DNA from: Nitrospirota bacterium | GTDB lineage: Bacteria; Nitrospirota; UBA9217 | Direction of reading: 5' to 3' | Assembly (NCBI GenBank): GCA_963754875.1 | Contig: CAVWHO010000016.1 | Span: forward strand, 758-64,757 | Length of the DNA: 64,000 nt | Part shown: positions 63,114-64,000 of the stretch, piece by piece | Position numbering within the stretch: position 1 is the stretch's first letter | Layout: each line of letters opens with the position of its first letter | Translations under genes and position numbers: made by a program | Notes under the pieces: generated by a model | Seen by the model: only the letters and a program-made list of their open reading frames with translations | Databases searched by the model: none | What the model was told of the DNA's origin: nothing

Positions 63114-63315
63114 CGTTCAGGATAGCATCCGAGGCATATTTCCCGCCGCGTGTGATGCCGAGCGTAGCAAAGCACTATTCGAATATTCCGCATGGGACTA
63201 AACATATTTTTGTCCAGAATAGTCAACACCTCTAGCCGGGTTTTTCAGGGGACTATGCTACTATGCTGATGAGATGAATGGCCGCACAAAAAATTCCCGG
63301 GAGCTCGCAAAACTA

Positions 63316-64000
63316 TTACGATAGAACCCTGAGATCGTTGGGCTCATGGATCGGTTCAGAACACGCATTTTGGCCGCAGGGTATGACGCGGTCATGATCG
63401 TCCCCATAAACGATCGCTGCGTACACTTTCCCCGTGAGAGCCCGGGCAGTGGCGGCAAGGTCGCTCCCCGGCGCCGCTTCAACAGCAAGTTTGAGCATGC
63501 GAAACGACGCATCAAGACTGCAAAAGTAGGTGCCTGCATGCACGCCTATTTCGCGCGCAAAGCCGGCAAAGAGCCTGAGCGACTGCTCGCCGAACTGCCG
63601 GTATTCGTCCTTTCCGGTCATGAGGGACAGTTTCAGCAGCAGGAGGATGGCCACGGCGTTTGCCGAGGGATGAGGAGTGTCCTCGATCTTCTTGAGCCTC
63701 GTGCCCAGCACCTCCTGTTCCGTGTCGAAGAAGCCGCCGTGAGCGGGATCGAAAAAATTTTTGATGCAGGTTGTCATGAGCTCTTCAGCCAGGAGAAGAT
63801 AGCGCTGCGCGGCCGTTGCTTCGTAACCGGCAACCAACGCGTCGATGAGGTGAATATAATCATCCAGGCCTGCTGGGATAGTCTCTGCGTGCATCAGGGC
63901 GCGGCCGCCGTACCGTTCCTTCAGGATGCGTTCAAGGCTCTTCACACCGAGGGCCCTGATTTCTTCATCGCCCAGCACGTTAAATGCATGGAAATAGGCG
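63316..64000 (-). CDS. YyaL/SSP411-family (DUF255 thioredoxin plus alpha/alpha barrel) protein, C-terminal part
   Basis: LDDYIHL, FFDPAHGGFFDT, DTPHPSANAVA; runs off the window. Confidence 0.85.
   Translation of the reverse strand, partial: AYFHAFNVLGDEEIRALGVKSLERILKERYGGRALMHAETIPAGLDDYIHLIDALVAGYEATAAQRYLLLAEELMTTCIKNFFDPAHGGFFDTEQEVLGTRLKKIEDTPHPSANAVAILLLLKLSLMTGKDEYRQFGEQSLRLFAGFAREIGVHAGTYFCSLDASFRMLKLAVEAAPGSDLAATARALTGKVYAAIVYGDDHDRVIPCGQNACSEPIHEPNDLRVLS

Overview
The window looks like two unrelated genomic pieces joined near nt 7200, with scattered single-base indels that I read as long-read-type errors. Bases 1-7200 are an origin-proximal segment, Anaerolineae/Chloroflexota-like by inference: dnaN, a PPDK_N-type protein, a GntR-SPFH-ABC-YhfC operon and two perfect parS sites. 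Bases 7200-64000 come from a signalling-rich anaerobe, Nitrospirota/Desulfobacterota-like by inference. That part carries many histidine kinases and receivers, a sigma54 activator next to a sigma54 promoter upstream of an RpoS-like sigma factor, pepN, and a giant CheB-CheR-PAS-kinase. It also encodes a selenocysteine formate dehydrogenase with an NrfD anchor and FdhE, cNOR with a di-heme NorC, mgtC-mgtA, dcd, a 2x cNMP-rhodanese protein, a split glutamate synthase and a Crp/Fnr-DUF2892 pair. The most unusual signals are absent from the ORF track: (i) inverted 7-9-mer tandem-repeat cassettes at gene junctions, one still enclosing a gutted four-helix-bundle gene whose middle is replaced by a twin-hairpin REP-like element, with the same repeats also translated inside proteins; (ii) a candidate multi-pseudoknot RNA after norB and a candidate anti-SD sRNA; (iii) a decayed ferredoxin gene upstream of norC. 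I saw no tRNA, rRNA, CRISPR array or intact transposase. All family assignments come from motif recognition by eye, with no database search.
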